Origin: Octopus bimaculoides
Taxonomy: Eukaryota
Assembly (NCBI RefSeq): GCF_001194135.2
Contig: NC_068985.1
Span: forward strand, 18,824,192-18,882,365
DNA length: 58,174 nucleotides
Direction of reading: 5' to 3'
Shown: one piece after another, positions 12,277 through 26,400 of the stretch
Layout: every line of letters starts with the position of its first letter
How positions within the stretch are numbered: the first letter of the stretch is position 1
The notes under the pieces: model-generated
Databases searched by the model: none
What the model was told of the DNA's origin: nothing
What the model saw: only the letters and a program-made list of their open reading frames with translations
Translations under genes and position numbers: made by a program

Positions 12277-12486
12277 TTTTCTTTCTTTTCGCAATTTTCC
12301 TTCAGCTTCAAGTTTTGCTCGAGCCTGTCGCCGTTTTAGTATTCGATGATATTGTTTAGCATTAACATACAAAGGTTCTTCTTCCATAAGATCTGAACCT
12401 GGAATCGGTATTCTTTGAATAGTTGTTGCACTGGAGATAGATCCACTGTTAGAGTTTGTAGAGTTTGAACTTTCAGCAGGTACCAT
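12277..12486 (-). CDS. NFYA: NF-YA coding exon 6 (CBFB_NFYA/HAP2 domain, subunit-interaction helix)
   Basis: [42 protein letters not shown] is the NF-YA signature. AG acceptor at 12487-12488, GTAAGT donor. Confidence 0.97.
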
Positions 12487-13930
12487 CTATAACAACAGAA
12501 AATAGACATTAAAAATACAAAAAGAAAAATAATAATAACAGTAATAATTGTAAGATTAATTGAATAGGTAAAACCAAGTTAAATGCAAAACTTAGGTTTC
12601 AAGGTATTTAGCAGAAGAAAGATAAATTCCTCTCTGGAAATGATGCCAGTGTCTTGCAGAAGATTTAATACTTAATCCCCTAAACTAAATTGACTAATGA
12701 CTGCACAATTTGGCACAAGGTCAGCAATATTAGAGGAGGGGGTTAGTTGATTATATCAGCCCTAGTATTTGACTGCTACTTATTTTATCAACCCCGAATG
12801 GATGAAAAGCAAAGTTGATGTTAGCAACATTTGAACTCTGAACATAAAAAGCCATACAAAATGGCACTAAGTGTTTTGTTAAATGTGCTAATGCTTCTGC
12901 CAGCTTGCTGCCTTAGCTAGGTTAACTAATGCTCATAGAAAGTATTATATGTCCCATAACAATTAAATTCTTGAAGCAAATTTGAACCCATGAGTTGTCA
13001 TTTTACCTTCACTATCCAACTATTCAATAAAATCAAATTTTTTTTTCATATTAAAAAAGATTTATTACTTTTAAGTTTTATTTAAAGTGGAAAATGATCC
13101 TACAGAGAATATAAACGATATATTTTTCTTAAGCCACAACATAATCCAACAAAGAAGCTTCTACATGGTTAATGATCTACTAGAAAAAGCAACAAAATCT
13201 CCCTCAAATCATTACTGTTTTAAGAGAAAGAAAGATAGATTGGACAATGTAGATCCTGATATAAAAAGGAAAGGTCACCGTTGGAATGTCTGTTATATAG
13301 CTGCTTGATCAGGGCTGACCTGAAACTAAACCACAACAATAATTCATATGTTGTTAAAGACAGGTCTATATTCAGTTTGTAGAGATAAGAAAAAATCTCT
13401 ATTTTTCTCAACAAAATCTATAACGATTAACACGGAAAATCTTGGCTAATTTACTAAAATTTGAATTTAACCATTCCCAGATATACGACTCAAAAGATGA
13501 AGCAACAAAAATCAACAGCATAGTTGTTATGTTCAATTTTCTACCATGGGCATTCATATCTCAAAAGTCAAGGCTATAAAATTTGAAGGATGAATTCTCA
13601 CTATTCACCGTATCAATCAATAGATATCAGTAGGTATCAGCAAGTAATTTATTTGCTGATTTTCTTGAGAAGACGACCCATCAAACCAAGCAAAATCACA
13701 GTCGTGGCAGACACCTGTGTCATGCAAATAACACATAAAAACACCCATTACACTCTGAAAGTGGTTGGCATTAGGAAGGGCATCCAGCCGTAGAAAACCA
13801 TGCCAAATCAGACTGGATCCCGGTGCAGCTTTGCAGCATGCCAGTCCAGCATGGACAATGGACGTTAAATGATGATGATGATTTTATAAACAAGAGCTAC
13901 AAGTACTGTGGTTGAATTGTTTGACTAAAC

Positions 13931-14174
13931 CAATGGTCCTCAACTGTTTTTTGCTTGTGGGTCCCTTTGATTCCTATTTTACAATACAGGACTCCCAAAG
14001 CCATTTGAAGTTTTAAAAAATCCCATTATATTTTTAAAATTAGATATTATTGGGAATTGTAAAAATATTTTGTGTTTTGAAGAAATATAACTGATTTATT
14101 GCACATAACTTTTAACAACTAGATCTCATATGAACCCCACCAAGGGTCATGTGGACCCCACTTGAGAACCACTG
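13931..14174. mobile_element. hAT (Charlie-like) MITE
   Basis: TIR caatggtcctcaa/ttgagaaccactg. 8-bp TSD gactaaac/gacttaac (7/8). Related partial copy ends at about 26368. Confidence 0.8.
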
Positions 14175-14780
14175 GACTTAACCATTTAAGGTGGTGCTCC
14201 AGCATAGCTACAGTCCAATGACAGAAATAAGTAAAAGATAACAAAAGATTTTCAAAGAAAATATGCACTCTAATGTTGGATGCACTTCTTTGTACTAACC
14301 TGCATATTATAAAATGAGATTTTGTAGTTAATTTGAGTTGAATAGTGACAACATACTGGCTTTTAGGGGATTTGGACTCATGGTACAAAAGATTGATTAC
14401 TTCAGCTGTACATTTTTGGCAATTAAAACCAATGATATTGCATAAATATTCTGCAAGAAACTAGAAATTTAAAATATCTACCTGTTTTATGTTCAAACTG
14501 GCTAGATCTAGCCCCTCACACCAACCCTACAATATCACTCTAAAAATTAACAGTTATCTCATCAAAATCTTGTAGCTACAAGATAATGCATGATTAATTC
14601 AAAACAATGTGAATAAGTAAGTAGTATTTTTGATAAAATAATGTGAATGTTAAAGGGTTAAACAACATATTACGATGGCTGATTCAACAAAGAATATTGA
14701 TACATTTCAAGAAATAAGTACAGTTAGAATCTTCATAGAAAAGAATTACAATATTCATTAAAGAATAGAATATATTTTAC

Positions 14781-15037
14781 CATAACTATGTTATTTACAT
14801 TAGGAACGGTAGATAATGAAGAAATATCTGGAGATGAGCAGTCTGGTGGCATGGGTGATGTTATAGGTGGAGAATGATTATTATTATTATTAGCACTACT
14901 GGCAACTGAGTCTGACGTCATGGAAGATGCAATAGCTGTTGCCAGTTGACCAACTGTCTGTAATGATGTCACGGGTTGAACAGTTGGAGCTGGACTGGTA
15001 CAGGCCAAGTTTAATCCATTATTTAACTGGACAATAC
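14781..15037 (-). CDS. NFYA: NF-YA coding exon 5 (S/T-rich)
   Basis: ttttcag acceptor, phase 1 matching exon 4. (G)IVQLNNGLNLACTSPAPTVQ...NVNNIVM, donor ATG|GTAAAA. Confidence 0.85.
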
Positions 15038-15570
15038 CTGAAAATATTGTGAGAAAGTATATACTTAGATTAACAATTTCAAATAGGCATGAAAGAGTAA
15101 AGTATTATTCTGTAATAGGACACAAGCATGGCTGTGTGGTTAAGAAGTCTGCTTCCCAATCATTTGGTCTCAGGTTCAGTCCAACTGCATGGCTCCTTGG
15201 CAAGTATTTCTACAATAGCCCAAGAGTGACCAAAGCCTTGTGAGTGGATTAAGTAGACAGAAACTGAAAGAAGTCTGTCATACACACACACACATATACA
15301 AAAACATGCACACAACTTTATTAATAAAAAAAAGTGGAAGCTAAAGCCCTTGCCAAAAAGTTTTTGTGTCTTTTTGTTTCCACCAGCTTGATGACTGGCA
15401 AAATGAATTTATATTTCAGCCAAGAACCCCTGGGTAGCAGCATTTTACAAGGGTTTTTGTGGTTTTTAAGTCACATGGTTCTAGAGCAAACTTCTTAACC
15501 AAACATCCATGCCTGTGTGTGGATATAATATGGAAAATAAAACAGAGTATGAATTATAATAGAAACTCAC

Positions 15571-15727
15571 CTGGACTCTGCTGTTGTTGGGTTTGTAAAC
15601 GTTTTATTAAATCATTAACAAAGGGCTGGCAAAGGATGAGTTGACCATCTTGAGTCTGAATGAGCTGGCCACCAGGAAGTTGTCCAGTAGGGATGAATGA
15701 TTGATTAGGAGCAGGTTGAATCACAAA
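15571..15727 (-). CDS. NFYA: NF-YA coding exon 4
   Basis: tttcttag acceptor. FVIQPAPNQ...GGQLIQTQDGQLILCQPF...QQQQSP resembles vertebrate QVAQTAEGQTIVYQPV. GTGAGT donor, ends phase 1. Confidence 0.85.
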
Positions 15728-16576
15728 CTAAGAAATGAAAACAAAGTCTGAAATCAGTCAACATATGCATAAACAATTCATATATACATTACACAAACTC
15801 CCCATACATACAATCCACAAACTATCTATTTACACTGAGAGCAATTGTTTTTTTAATAAATGTAAATGATAAATCAGTCTTTGAGTGATAGAATATACAC
15901 TGATACATGGTTCAGTTTCCATATGCTCAGACAACTGTAAAATGCAGGATTTCAAGAGAAGCTAAAGAAAGCCAAACAGGCATTGGAAGTGTTGAACTAG
16001 GCAAGGATTTCAAATACAAAATCAATTATAATGAGTAGTTAGAGGAATCAGTATAAAATTGTCAGTAATAATAAAACTCAGTGTACATACATAAACAAGC
16101 ACACATATGCATGCACATACATAATGGTCTACAGGAGGCTATAAGAAATGTTGGGATCTGGACAATTTCCTAAATGGTTCTTATGTATTAGAATTTGCAG
16201 CCTTTTCCAATTGAATAAATGTTTCTCTTATGTTATATTACATATTTGTTAGAATTGTGTGATATGACAGTTATATTGAGGGAGATCAGTTTAGATGGGG
16301 ATCAATTTAGAATGGAGATCAGTAAATAAAAAATTCCTATTTTGTTAAATTATTTACTTTATAACACTGCAAGGAATTATGTGCCAAACTCTGAAAGGAT
16401 GAAAGCTTAAACCAAATCTAGAAATATCAAGGCAGCAAGCTAATTAATTATGTTTCCACATTATGCCTAAAGTTGAAGGACTCATGCAGAAAGTCCTCTG
16501 TCATAAAATGATGTTCAACTACAAAATTACTGAATTGGTCAACACTTTCACAATCACCATGATCATCATCATTTAA

Positions 16577-16785
16577 CCCTTTTGATACCAACCCGGCTGA
16601 AACCGCCTCTGGCTCTGTAGTACAAATGTCTTGTTTTCAAAAGTTCTGAATTAAAATCTTCCAACAAACCTTAGTCACAATTTATGTTTAATGATAACGA
16701 AGTTATTTTACTAAATTCTTTGTTATATTTAAAATTAATTGAAAGAAACACAGAGCATCTCAAAAGAAATATGGTAACAAAAGGG
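16577..16785. mobile_element. piggyBac-like MITE nested in an RTE tail
   Basis: TIR cccttttgatacca/tggtaacaaaaggg, TTAA at 16573-16576 and 16786-16789. The RTE tail resumes after it (to about 16990). Confidence 0.85.
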
Positions 16786-17090
16786 TTAATGTCCACTTTT
16801 CCATGCTTGCATGGGTTAGATGACATTTGCTGAGGCAGATTTTCTACAGCTGAATGCTCTTCAAGTTGCCAACCCTCACCTGTTTCCAAGCAAGGTAATA
16901 TTTTCCCATGGCCAGACATGTTTTTCATAAAAGATTGGAGATGAACAACATCACTTATATGACAATGATGCTTGTTTGCAAACATCATGTAATGTCAAGA
17001 CAAGGACACACACACACACACACACACAAGCTTCTTTGGCCCTAACTATTTGATAGAAAGAGTTGAATTAATAATTGCTGCTGTGTTTAC

Positions 17091-17147
17091 CTGCTGTGGT
17101 TGTAATGATTGGTTGGGAAACTGTTGGCCAGTGGAAAACATATCAAT
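17091..17147 (-). CDS. NFYA: NF-YA small coding exon 3 (57 nt)
   Basis: tttttttacag acceptor, IDMFSTGQQFPNQSLQPQQ, GTAAAC donor, phase 0/0. Confidence 0.7.
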
Positions 17148-17719
17148 CTGTAAAAAAATAAAACAAACAGTTAAAGATTGTTCAGAAAATGATCCCTAAA
17201 CCACCCTTGTTTCCATGTAACAAATTCTGTTTTAAAGTGATCTAAAATCTTCCTTCATAATTTCACGTTAATTTATGTTCTAAACACCAGCTTAATAACA
17301 ACAAAGTTATTTTACTAAATCATCATCATTTTCAAAATTAATTGAAACAAAGTCAGTGCATGGCAACAAGCACACAGTCATACATACATAAACATACTGA
17401 TATTTGTATTGTCAAAATATATTATGAGAAAATCTTAAAAACTGTTCATGAATGCAGTCCCTTGAAGTATTTGCATTGTGCTGTGACATTGACACCTCTT
17501 GTTACTCTTGCTGTTAGAAATGCAGTGAACCAGTAATTAGCCTGTTGGAAACCTGTAACCAAATGATGCTATTGTTCACATTTATTGGCTAATTGGAAAT
17601 TTATAATAAATAATGCTATTGTTCACCAAATGCAAAACATTAAAAAATCTAATTAATACAGTTCTTTGAGTGAATATTTTATAATTATACAATTTTTCCA
17701 GCAGAGGTGGAATACTAAT

Positions 17720-18115
17720 GCAGAGCACCAGCTGTCTGTTTCCCGTGCCGGTGGCACGTAAATAGCACCATTTGAGCATGATCGTTACCAACGTCGCCTT
17801 CCTGGCATGTGAAAAGACATTCGAGCGAGATCGTTGCCAGTGCCGCTGGACTGGCTCCTGTGCAGGTGGCACATAAAATACACCATTTTGAGCGTGGCCA
17901 TTGCCAGTACCTCCTGACTGGCCTTCATGCTGGGTGGCACGTAAAAGCACCCACTACACTCTTGGAGTGGTTGGCGTTAGGAAGGGCATCCAGCTGTAGA
18001 AACTGCCAAATCAGATTGGAGCCTGGTGTAGCCATCTGGCTTACCAGTCCTCAGTCAAATTGTCCAACCCATGCTAGCATGGAAAGCGGATGTTAAACGA
18101 TGATGATGATGATGG
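17720..18115 (+). mobile_element. RTE LINE 3' end with (ATG)n tail
   Basis: Reverse complement of the 6330-6735 family, ending gcatggaaagcggatgttaaacgatgatgatgat. Other + copies at about 13690-13880 and 21040-21205. Confidence 0.85.
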
Positions 18116-18299
18116 TCAGGTTTGTACATAATTCAATTTGCAATATAAGGTAAATATATCAGCCATACATGCTGCAGTTTGATTATTTTTGTTGCATGCT
18201 GACATTGCTAATACTGCAAAACTTGTAGGAATAAGTTTCAGGAGTAAAGGTATACAAGAGAGAGCATAATTTCACAGAAATTATGAAATGTTTGCTCAC

Positions 18300-18455
18300 C
18301 GCCTGCAATGTTTGTGCTGAAGCAATTGCTGGGTGTTGTCCTCCTTGTACAGTTTGTATGGGGATTGTTTGTGTGTTGGCTGCTTGAGGTAGAGCTTGGA
18401 ACATAAGTTGTTGATTAGGGGCATTTACTAAAGCACCCTGGTTTAACTGAATCAT
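18300..18455 (-). CDS. NFYA: NF-YA coding exon 2
   Basis: tttag acceptor, MIQLNQGALVNAPNQQLMFQ...QTLQA (52 codons), GTGAG donor, phase 0/0. Confidence 0.85.
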
Positions 18456-20124
18456 CTAAATAAAAATAAATATATGAGAGAAAATTAATATTAATTCATT
18501 ATGTAAATTTAAGAAGAACAAATAGTTTTATTTAAAATGACAACTACAGTAAAAAATGTATTGTTAAATCATCCTTCACCACAATATGTAACCTTGTACC
18601 AATATTAGAAACCAACATTGAAATGATTTGCTAATGCTGTGAACACTAGTTTTGTTTTTATGAAACATGTATTTGGTTAATCGATGTTGGATACAATAAA
18701 TAAAAATTCACCAGTAGTAATTTGGAAGGGATAGGAGAGAGAAGGAAACAAAATAGGAATGTTATGTTGCCATGAGAACATGAAATATTAAATGTTTCAA
18801 GTACAGACTTTAATCAAAGGTTAAATTTGAAATGTAAAATATTTTATCTCCTCACAGTAACCTTTACATCAGGTTTTTGTCATATTAAATCTTGTAATAC
18901 AGACTGAATAGTCTCTTTGATTCTCAAGAATTATATACATGAGTGAGGTAGGAGAGATTTTGGCACTGCCTCTTTAGCACTGCTGATTTGACAAATGGTT
19001 CTCTTGTTTTCTCTCTCTGTTTATGTCTGTGAGCATCTGCTTACGTTTGTATGTATTTGTAATTCTCTTTCACTTTCTCTATCTGTATATGTATATTTTC
19101 TTCATGAGTGTAAGTGTGTGTTTTTGCTGCTAGCATTAAAATGTACAGTTGCCAAAACAGGTTGAATGTCCAGTCAGCTGTGCCATATAGCCAGTGTCCT
19201 AACAGCTGCACCTAATCATCTTATTCCAATGTGAAGGAATCCCATACTGGTGTTTACTGTGGGAGAGCTAATAAGAGATTCAGTTTGAATTAACACTGAG
19301 TTAGAAAAAAAATGCTTCCTTTATTATCATTGTCATTTAATGTCTGCTTTCCATGCTTGCATGGGCTGGGTAGTTAGACTGAAAACTGGTAAACCAGGGA
19401 GCTACACCAAATTCCAGTCTGATTTGGCATGGTTTCTATGGCTGGATTCCCTTCCTAATGCTGACCACTCCTAGAGTGTAGTGGGTATTTTTTACGTGCC
19501 ACTGGCATGAGTGCCATTGACATGACACCAGCATCGGCCATGACTACAATCTTACTTGGCTTGACAGGTGTTCAAAAGCATAGTTTATCACCAAAGGTCT
19601 CCGTCACCTGTCACTGCCTTCATGAAGCCCAATGCTTGGATGGTGCTTTTTATGTGTCATTGGCATGGGTGCCAGTCAGACAGCACTGGCATCAAGTACG
19701 ACTATGATTTCACTTGGCTTGGCAGGTTTTCTCAAGCACAGTATATCGCGCAATGTTTGAAGGGTGCTTTTTACATGCAAGTCACACAACACTGGCATTG
19801 GCCACAACTACGATCTCACTTGGTTTGATGGGTCAAAACAATATTCTAAGTTCATTCAGGTAAAAGATATAAAAATAATATTATTGGTGACAATGATGGT
19901 AAATATTAATCCAGTTAAAATATGTACAGAGAATATTAGTGATATGTTATAGGCAAGGATACATAAAAAATTACATGTAATACAATATGTACACATCAAA
20001 AGTACTCAGAGGAGACAAAGAGTTTAAAATCTGACATTGAATGAAGGGAGACAGGATCCATGGGAATAAGAGTTGAATTCAGGTAATATACATGTAATGA
20101 TAAATTTTGTGAACATAAACTCAC

Positions 20125-20325
20125 CTGAGGTTGCATGGCTTGTTGAAGCTGGACGGCACCACTAGGAACATTTTGAACAAAAGTTAGCTGTTGAGGTTGG
20201 GCGGATAGAAGAGATTGATTTGCGAGAAGCTGGATCTGTTGTTGTTGAGAAGCATCAACAACATCGCAGCCAGTAGCAGCTGCTGCTGCATTGAGTAAGT
20301 TTGTGGTCAACTGACACTGCTCCAT
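20125..20325 (-). CDS. NFYA: Nuclear transcription factor Y subunit alpha, first coding exon (Q-rich activation domain)
   Basis: MEQCQLTT...QQQQIQLLANQ...QAMQPQ (67 codons). Donor CAG|GTGAGT at 20124. In-frame upstream TGA and an acceptor at about 20356 support ATG 20325 as the start. Confidence 0.85.
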
Positions 20326-22759
20326 TTTACTCAGCTGATTTACGTGTCATCCTTCCTGAAATGACTGAAAAAGCCAACAAAAGTATTTCATTAGAGAGAG
20401 ACTCAGTCGTTGAGTTGAATTGTTTTGTAGTTAAGAAGCAGAATAGTCTTCTAAAAAATATTTAGTTTGAACAGGAGTGTTCAGAGATTATAAATAAAAG
20501 AACATAACCAACAAAATTTACATCTTGATGCAATCAGTTTTGCTAAGGTGAATTAACAGACAATTGTATAATCAGAAAAATCAAAGTGTAATTTTATATG
20601 GCTGTGTGGTTAAGAGGTTTGCTTTACAGCCATGTGGTCTTGAGTTCAGTCCAACTGTGCAGCACCTTGAGCAAGAGCCATCTACTATAGCCCGAGGCCA
20701 ACCAATGCCTTGCACATGTATTATTTGGTAGATAGAAACTCCGGGGAAGCGTGTGTGTGTGTGTGTGTGTGCGCGTGTGTGTACAGTAATCCCTTGACTA
20801 TCGTGGGTGTTTTTGTAAGCTAGTTAAGTGAGTAGCAAAGTCCCTTCCTGAGTCATATAGACTCATGGGCCAGTTTCCCAGTTTCCAGGGTGTATATATT
20901 CCCCACCTGGACAGGACGCCGGTCTATTACAGGGTTACTCATTTTTGCCAAACGAGTGGACTGGAGCAACATGAAATGAAGTGTTTTGACCAAGAACGCG
21001 ACATGTTGCCTGGTCCAGGAATTGAAACCACACATAAAACAGCACCCACTACACTCTCGGAGTGGTTGGCGTTAGGAAAGGTATCCAGCTGTAGAAACAT
21101 TGCCAGATCAGTTTGGAGCCTGGCACAGCTGTCAGCTCTCCAGACCTCAGTCAAACTGTCCAACCCATGCCAGCATGGAAAACGGACGTTAAATGATGAT
21201 GATGATAATGATGAATCTTATGATCATAAGTCCAACACACTAACTGCTAAGCCACATGCCTTCAAGGTTAAGTGGGTGCCAACATAATATAGAGAACACT
21301 AAAATTCTAATTGATTAAAATTATTCCTGGAACGAGGACAAAAAAAAAAAACATTAGTTTAATAATTAATTCAACATTATTCTGGTCAAGAAAACAGGGG
21401 TGGCAACTGCAAAATATAAATAAATTAAACACTGAAGGAGGAAATGAAGTAGAGACTGAGTCTGATCTTTGGCAATTACAGTGACAGGTCTAGACTTGTT
21501 TTGGTCTTATCAAACCTTTTTAGTGAAGCAAAATCTTACGTACAATTGCCAGACCTCAGACAACAGAGATGTAAAGAGCTTGAGTGAATGAATAATAGGT
21601 GAGGTAAGTTAATGACTGGGCAGAGATAGGATGGGTTGTTCCACTCACACCAGTATGGAAAACTGAGTTGTCCAACACATGCAATATGGAAAAGTGGATG
21701 TAAAACGGTGATGACAAAGGTGTAATGTTTCATCATCATCATCGATTAACGTCTGTTTTCCATGCTGGCATGGGTTGGACGGTTTGACTGAAGTCTGGAG
21801 AGCCAGCGGCTGCACCAGGGTCCAATCTGGTCGGGCAGAGTTTCTACAACTTAATGCCCTTCTTAATGCCAACCGCTCTGAGAGTATAGTGAGTGCTTTT
21901 TACATGCCACTGACACAGGAGCTAGTAAGGGGGGGGGGCTTGCAACGATCACGTTCGGGTGGTGCTTTTTACGTGCCACCGACACAGGAGCCAGTCAGGG
22001 GGTATTGGGTATTTTCATGCATAGAAATGGTTACAAATTTACAACATGGAAGTCTATGGGAAAACAGTTTTCACATTACACTATTCAATGCCATAGCAAA
22101 ACTTTCAAAGGGGGATAACTGCAAAGGGGGATAACTACATAAAATATGCTGGTTTAACAGAAAGACCCAATATTTGTTTGGAGGGGAAATAAGAAATGCT
22201 ATAATACACACACTGTACAAAATATGAGAAAAAGTGTTCTGAAATTGAAAAAAATGGTTAAATGCACTTACCAATTGTACAAAATTGACAATATTGATAA
22301 TTTTCCAAATACCGTTTTGTCTTCATTTTGTGATTTGCGATTTTACTGAAGACTTTTTGAGTAATCTGTAGAAAATTGAAAAAAAAAAGATGATACATAT
22401 ATGTTAAAGTAATAGCTAATTTGATCCTTGAATTTAATTATGTCAAATATTTCAGATAAAAATCTTACACTTGTTCAAAATCTTGTTCAGTCTCAGTGAA
22501 TAGTATTTTGGGCAAGTGCCTTTTACTATAAGCCCTGGGCTGACCAAAGCTTTGTGTGGATTTAGTGCCTTGTACACAATACAATGTAGGGAGTACTCAG
22601 AGCTAAAAAATATACATTAGGGAGGAAACAGGATGGAACAATGCCATCAGTGAAGCTAGGTGTGGGTGAATAGAGCTAGTAAGTGCTGAGAGTACTCTAT
22701 AATCTTGGGGAGAGAGAGAGAGAGAGATGATGATGATGATGATGTCGGAAGGGCCTGGT

Positions 22760-23420
22760 TAACTGCTGGGTGAAAGAAAGAAGCAGTAGTATGTAGTCAT
22801 TAGTAAAAGGTAATTTGAAGCGGAGTTGTCAAGTAGGGAGTCATTGGCAAGAACAGAGGTGGACAAAGCTAAAGTGGGTGAGAGGATAAGATAAAGATTA
22901 GATGAGGGGACACAAGTGTAGTGGGGCTAAGTAAGTTGGTGGGGGAGAGTGTGATGGCTGGTCATAGAGAAGAGCAAAGAGAGTAAAAAGAGATGCACTA
23001 GAGAAGGAATTATATAGAGACATGAATGGTTCAATGAAGTCCCTTATACATAGGCCAAGTGAATAGATGAGGGTGGTATGTTGCAGGAGGAAAGGTAGGG
23101 AAGAGTAAGTGATGATTATAGGGATTGTGTAGGATTGAGGGGTGGTGAACAAGGTTGGAAGGAGTGATCAATGATACAATAGTTGGGAGGATATAGGTGA
23201 GAGTAGGTGATGACTGGCAGTTTAAGAAAATGGTGAAGAGCAGCAAGATACTAATAATACAGTACATGAAGGAAAGATGAAAGAAATGGAAATGCTACAT
23301 AGGTGGATAGGTTGCAAGAGTGTAAGGGGAAAGGCAGATGTAGTGCATGGGGAGAGGGAGAGATATGTAGTGGTGAAGAAGGAGAGATAATTTGCAAGCA
23401 CAGAAAGGGTGATCAATGCA
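22760..23420 (-). mobile_element. Old non-LTR (Jockey/I/L2-like) RT fragment
   Basis: Strongly strand-asymmetric island. HTTLIYSLGLCIRDFIE...SSASL loosely recalls the TLxxLYKxxIRPxxEY...SAS thumb motif. Confidence 0.3.
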
Positions 23421-26400
23421 AAATGTGAATGGAGAGAGACAATATTAAGATTGAAGGATGAATATTAAGTGAAGTAGTTCAGGATAGTGAAACTGATAAC
23501 TCATATTAGATATATAAAAAAGATGATGATGAAATATACAATTCTGCTCTCATTTACTTACAGCAATAGAGTGCTGCAGTTAGGCAGGTATATTTCAAAT
23601 TTTGGCACAAGGCCAGCAATTCCTGGGGGAGGGGATTAGCCGATTACATTGACCCAGTATTCAACTGAAACTTATTTTATCAAACCCAAACATATATCTA
23701 TATGTAGATATGTACACACATGTACTGATGCACACACACATATGTGTATGCATATGTGTATATGTTCCATGTCAGAATGGAACATGGATGTTGAATGATG
23801 ACAATGATATTAAATTTTAAACTGAAATCAAGTAGACTATTACTTAACAAAGTATTCAGTATAGTACATATGTAGAGTCAATATTTCTTTCAGTAGCAAG
23901 GTGATTTCTGACAACAGTGTAACTGTTTCAATACATAGATGTATCTTCTCAAAGGTAAAGAGCTTGAGTGAATAGAAAAAAATAATTCTTACTTTAGCAA
24001 TAATCCTTTCTACTATAGGCACAAGACCTGAAATTTGATGGGAGGGAGCCAGTCAATTAAATTGACCCCAGTACGCAACTGGTACTTAGGCAAAGCCGAC
24101 CTTCAGGGAATTTGAACTCAGAACACAAAGACAGACAAAATACTGCTAAGCATTTTGCCCGGCATGCTAACGATTCTGCCAGTTCATCACCTTCTTACTT
24201 TAGCAATAATGAATGGAAAAGATCACTTACTATGAACAATATCTGAATCATGACTATTTTGAATCTATCTAAAATATGGGTGTTCATATAGTATGAGATT
24301 GCCAAGCCATCATCACTATACAAGCTTAGGCTGTGGATGTCAGCTACCTCAGATCCATCATAGCATCAATGGAGACACTGAACTTCCTTCTGTTTAGATT
24401 TAGCAAGAAAGGTTATGATGGAATTATGACTTCTTGGAATATGTTGGTTTCAAATTTTGGCACAAAGCCAGCACTTTCAGGGGAGGACCATAAGTCGATT
24501 ACATCAATGCTAGAGCTCAACTGGTGCTTATTTTATTGACACTAAAAAGATGAAAGGCAAAGTTAACTTTGGTGGAATTTGAACTCAGAATGGAAAGGAC
24601 AAAATGCTGCTAAGCATTCTGTCTGGCATGCTAATGATTCTGCCAGCTTGCTGCCCACACTTTCTGGAATGTATTACTATTCTATAATCAAAATTATTCT
24701 TTTACTTTCTTCCTACACACAGTAAAATTTCATCCTTGTATGAAAGGCATGCAATGTATGCAAAATAACAAATATAACTTCAACATGATTCTTTCATTTT
24801 TCATGAGAGATAGATTGAGACAGGGTGTAAGCAATCATATATATCTGGTGATAGGAATCACCAGAGATATATGCACACATGGTGGATATCCATTATCCAG
24901 TGATGTGGATTCAGTTCTATGATCAACAGAATTATTTGCTCCTGAATTAATGTGTAAGCAACTGAACATTCCACAGACATTTAAAAAAATTTTTTTTAAA
25001 ACTTGCTTCAGTAATTAGGCTGCAGCCATGTTAGAACACTGCCTTGAAGAATTCGTAGTCAAATGAATGGACCCCGGTACTTTTTTCTTTCTTTTCTAAG
25101 CCTGGTACTTACCATGTGGTTGGGAGAATCAGTGTGATACAGTGTAAGACGAGGCCGTATCTTTTGAATGTGAGGTACAATCCACCTGCCAGACTTCTAT
25201 ACAGTTTCCCTATACCCAATTTCACTCATATATAAGGATTAACCCAAGGCTATAAAAAAAATGACCAATGGATCAAACCCAGGACCTTGTGGCCATACTG
25301 CATCTACTGATATATATATATATATCAGTAGATATATATATATATATCATCATCATTGTCATTTTAATGTCTACTTTTCCATACTTGCATGAATTGGACA
25401 GAGTTTATTGAGGCAGATTTTCTATAGCTGGATTGCTCTTCCTGTTGCCAATCTTCACCTGTTTTTAAAGCAAGGGAATATTTCCCCATGGACAGACATG
25501 TTCTTGCAGAATATTGGAAAGTGGAGGTACATGGCTTAGTAATTAGGGTATTGGACTCATGATCATAAGATTGTGGTTTCGATTCCTGAACTGGGCAACG
25601 TCATGTGTTCTTGAGCAAAACACTTCATTTCACATTGCTCCAGTCCACTCAGTTGGCAAAAATGAGTAATCCTGCGATGGACCAGCATCACATCCAGGTG
25701 AGGAATTCATATGCCATGAAACTGGCCCTTAACTTTACTTTATAATATTCGAAATGAGTGACACTCATTTACAACTATCACACCATTTCAAGACAAGGAG
25801 ACACAAACATACAAACATTTACACATACATACATATACAGCTCAGCTACACACCAACTCAATTACATCATCATTTAACGTCTGTTGTCCATGCTGGTATG
25901 GGTTTGATGGTTCGACTGGGCTGGCACGCTGGAAGGCTGTGCCAGGCTCCAATCTGATTGGGCATGGTTTTGTACAGCTGGATGCCCTTCCTAATGTCAA
26001 CCACTCTGAGAGTGTAATGGGTGTTTTATGTGCCATTTGCATAACACCGGTGTCTGTCACAACTGCGATTTTGCTCAGCTTGATGAGTTTTCTTTTCAAG
26101 CACAACATAATGCCAAAGATCTTGGCCATTGCCTCCGTGAGGCCCAACATTTGAAAGGAACTTGGCCACTTTGCCTCCATGAGGCCCAACACTTGAAAGG
26201 AACTCAGTCACCTCACCACTGTGAGGCCCACAAACATCTGAAGCAAAATCTTTTTAGGGGCACTTAAAATACTATTGTGGATCCTCAATTTACTATTTTG
26301 TTGTGAGGACCCCAAAAAATCTTATATGGACCCTAAAGGGCCATATGAACCCCTGTTGAGAACCACTGCCTTAAAATAAATTCATATGAAACAAATTTCT

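Noticed and set aside
12277-12300. NF-YA linker KLRKERK instead of KIPKERR
   Set aside because: The linker between the two conserved helices varies across eukaryotes, and both functional helices are intact.
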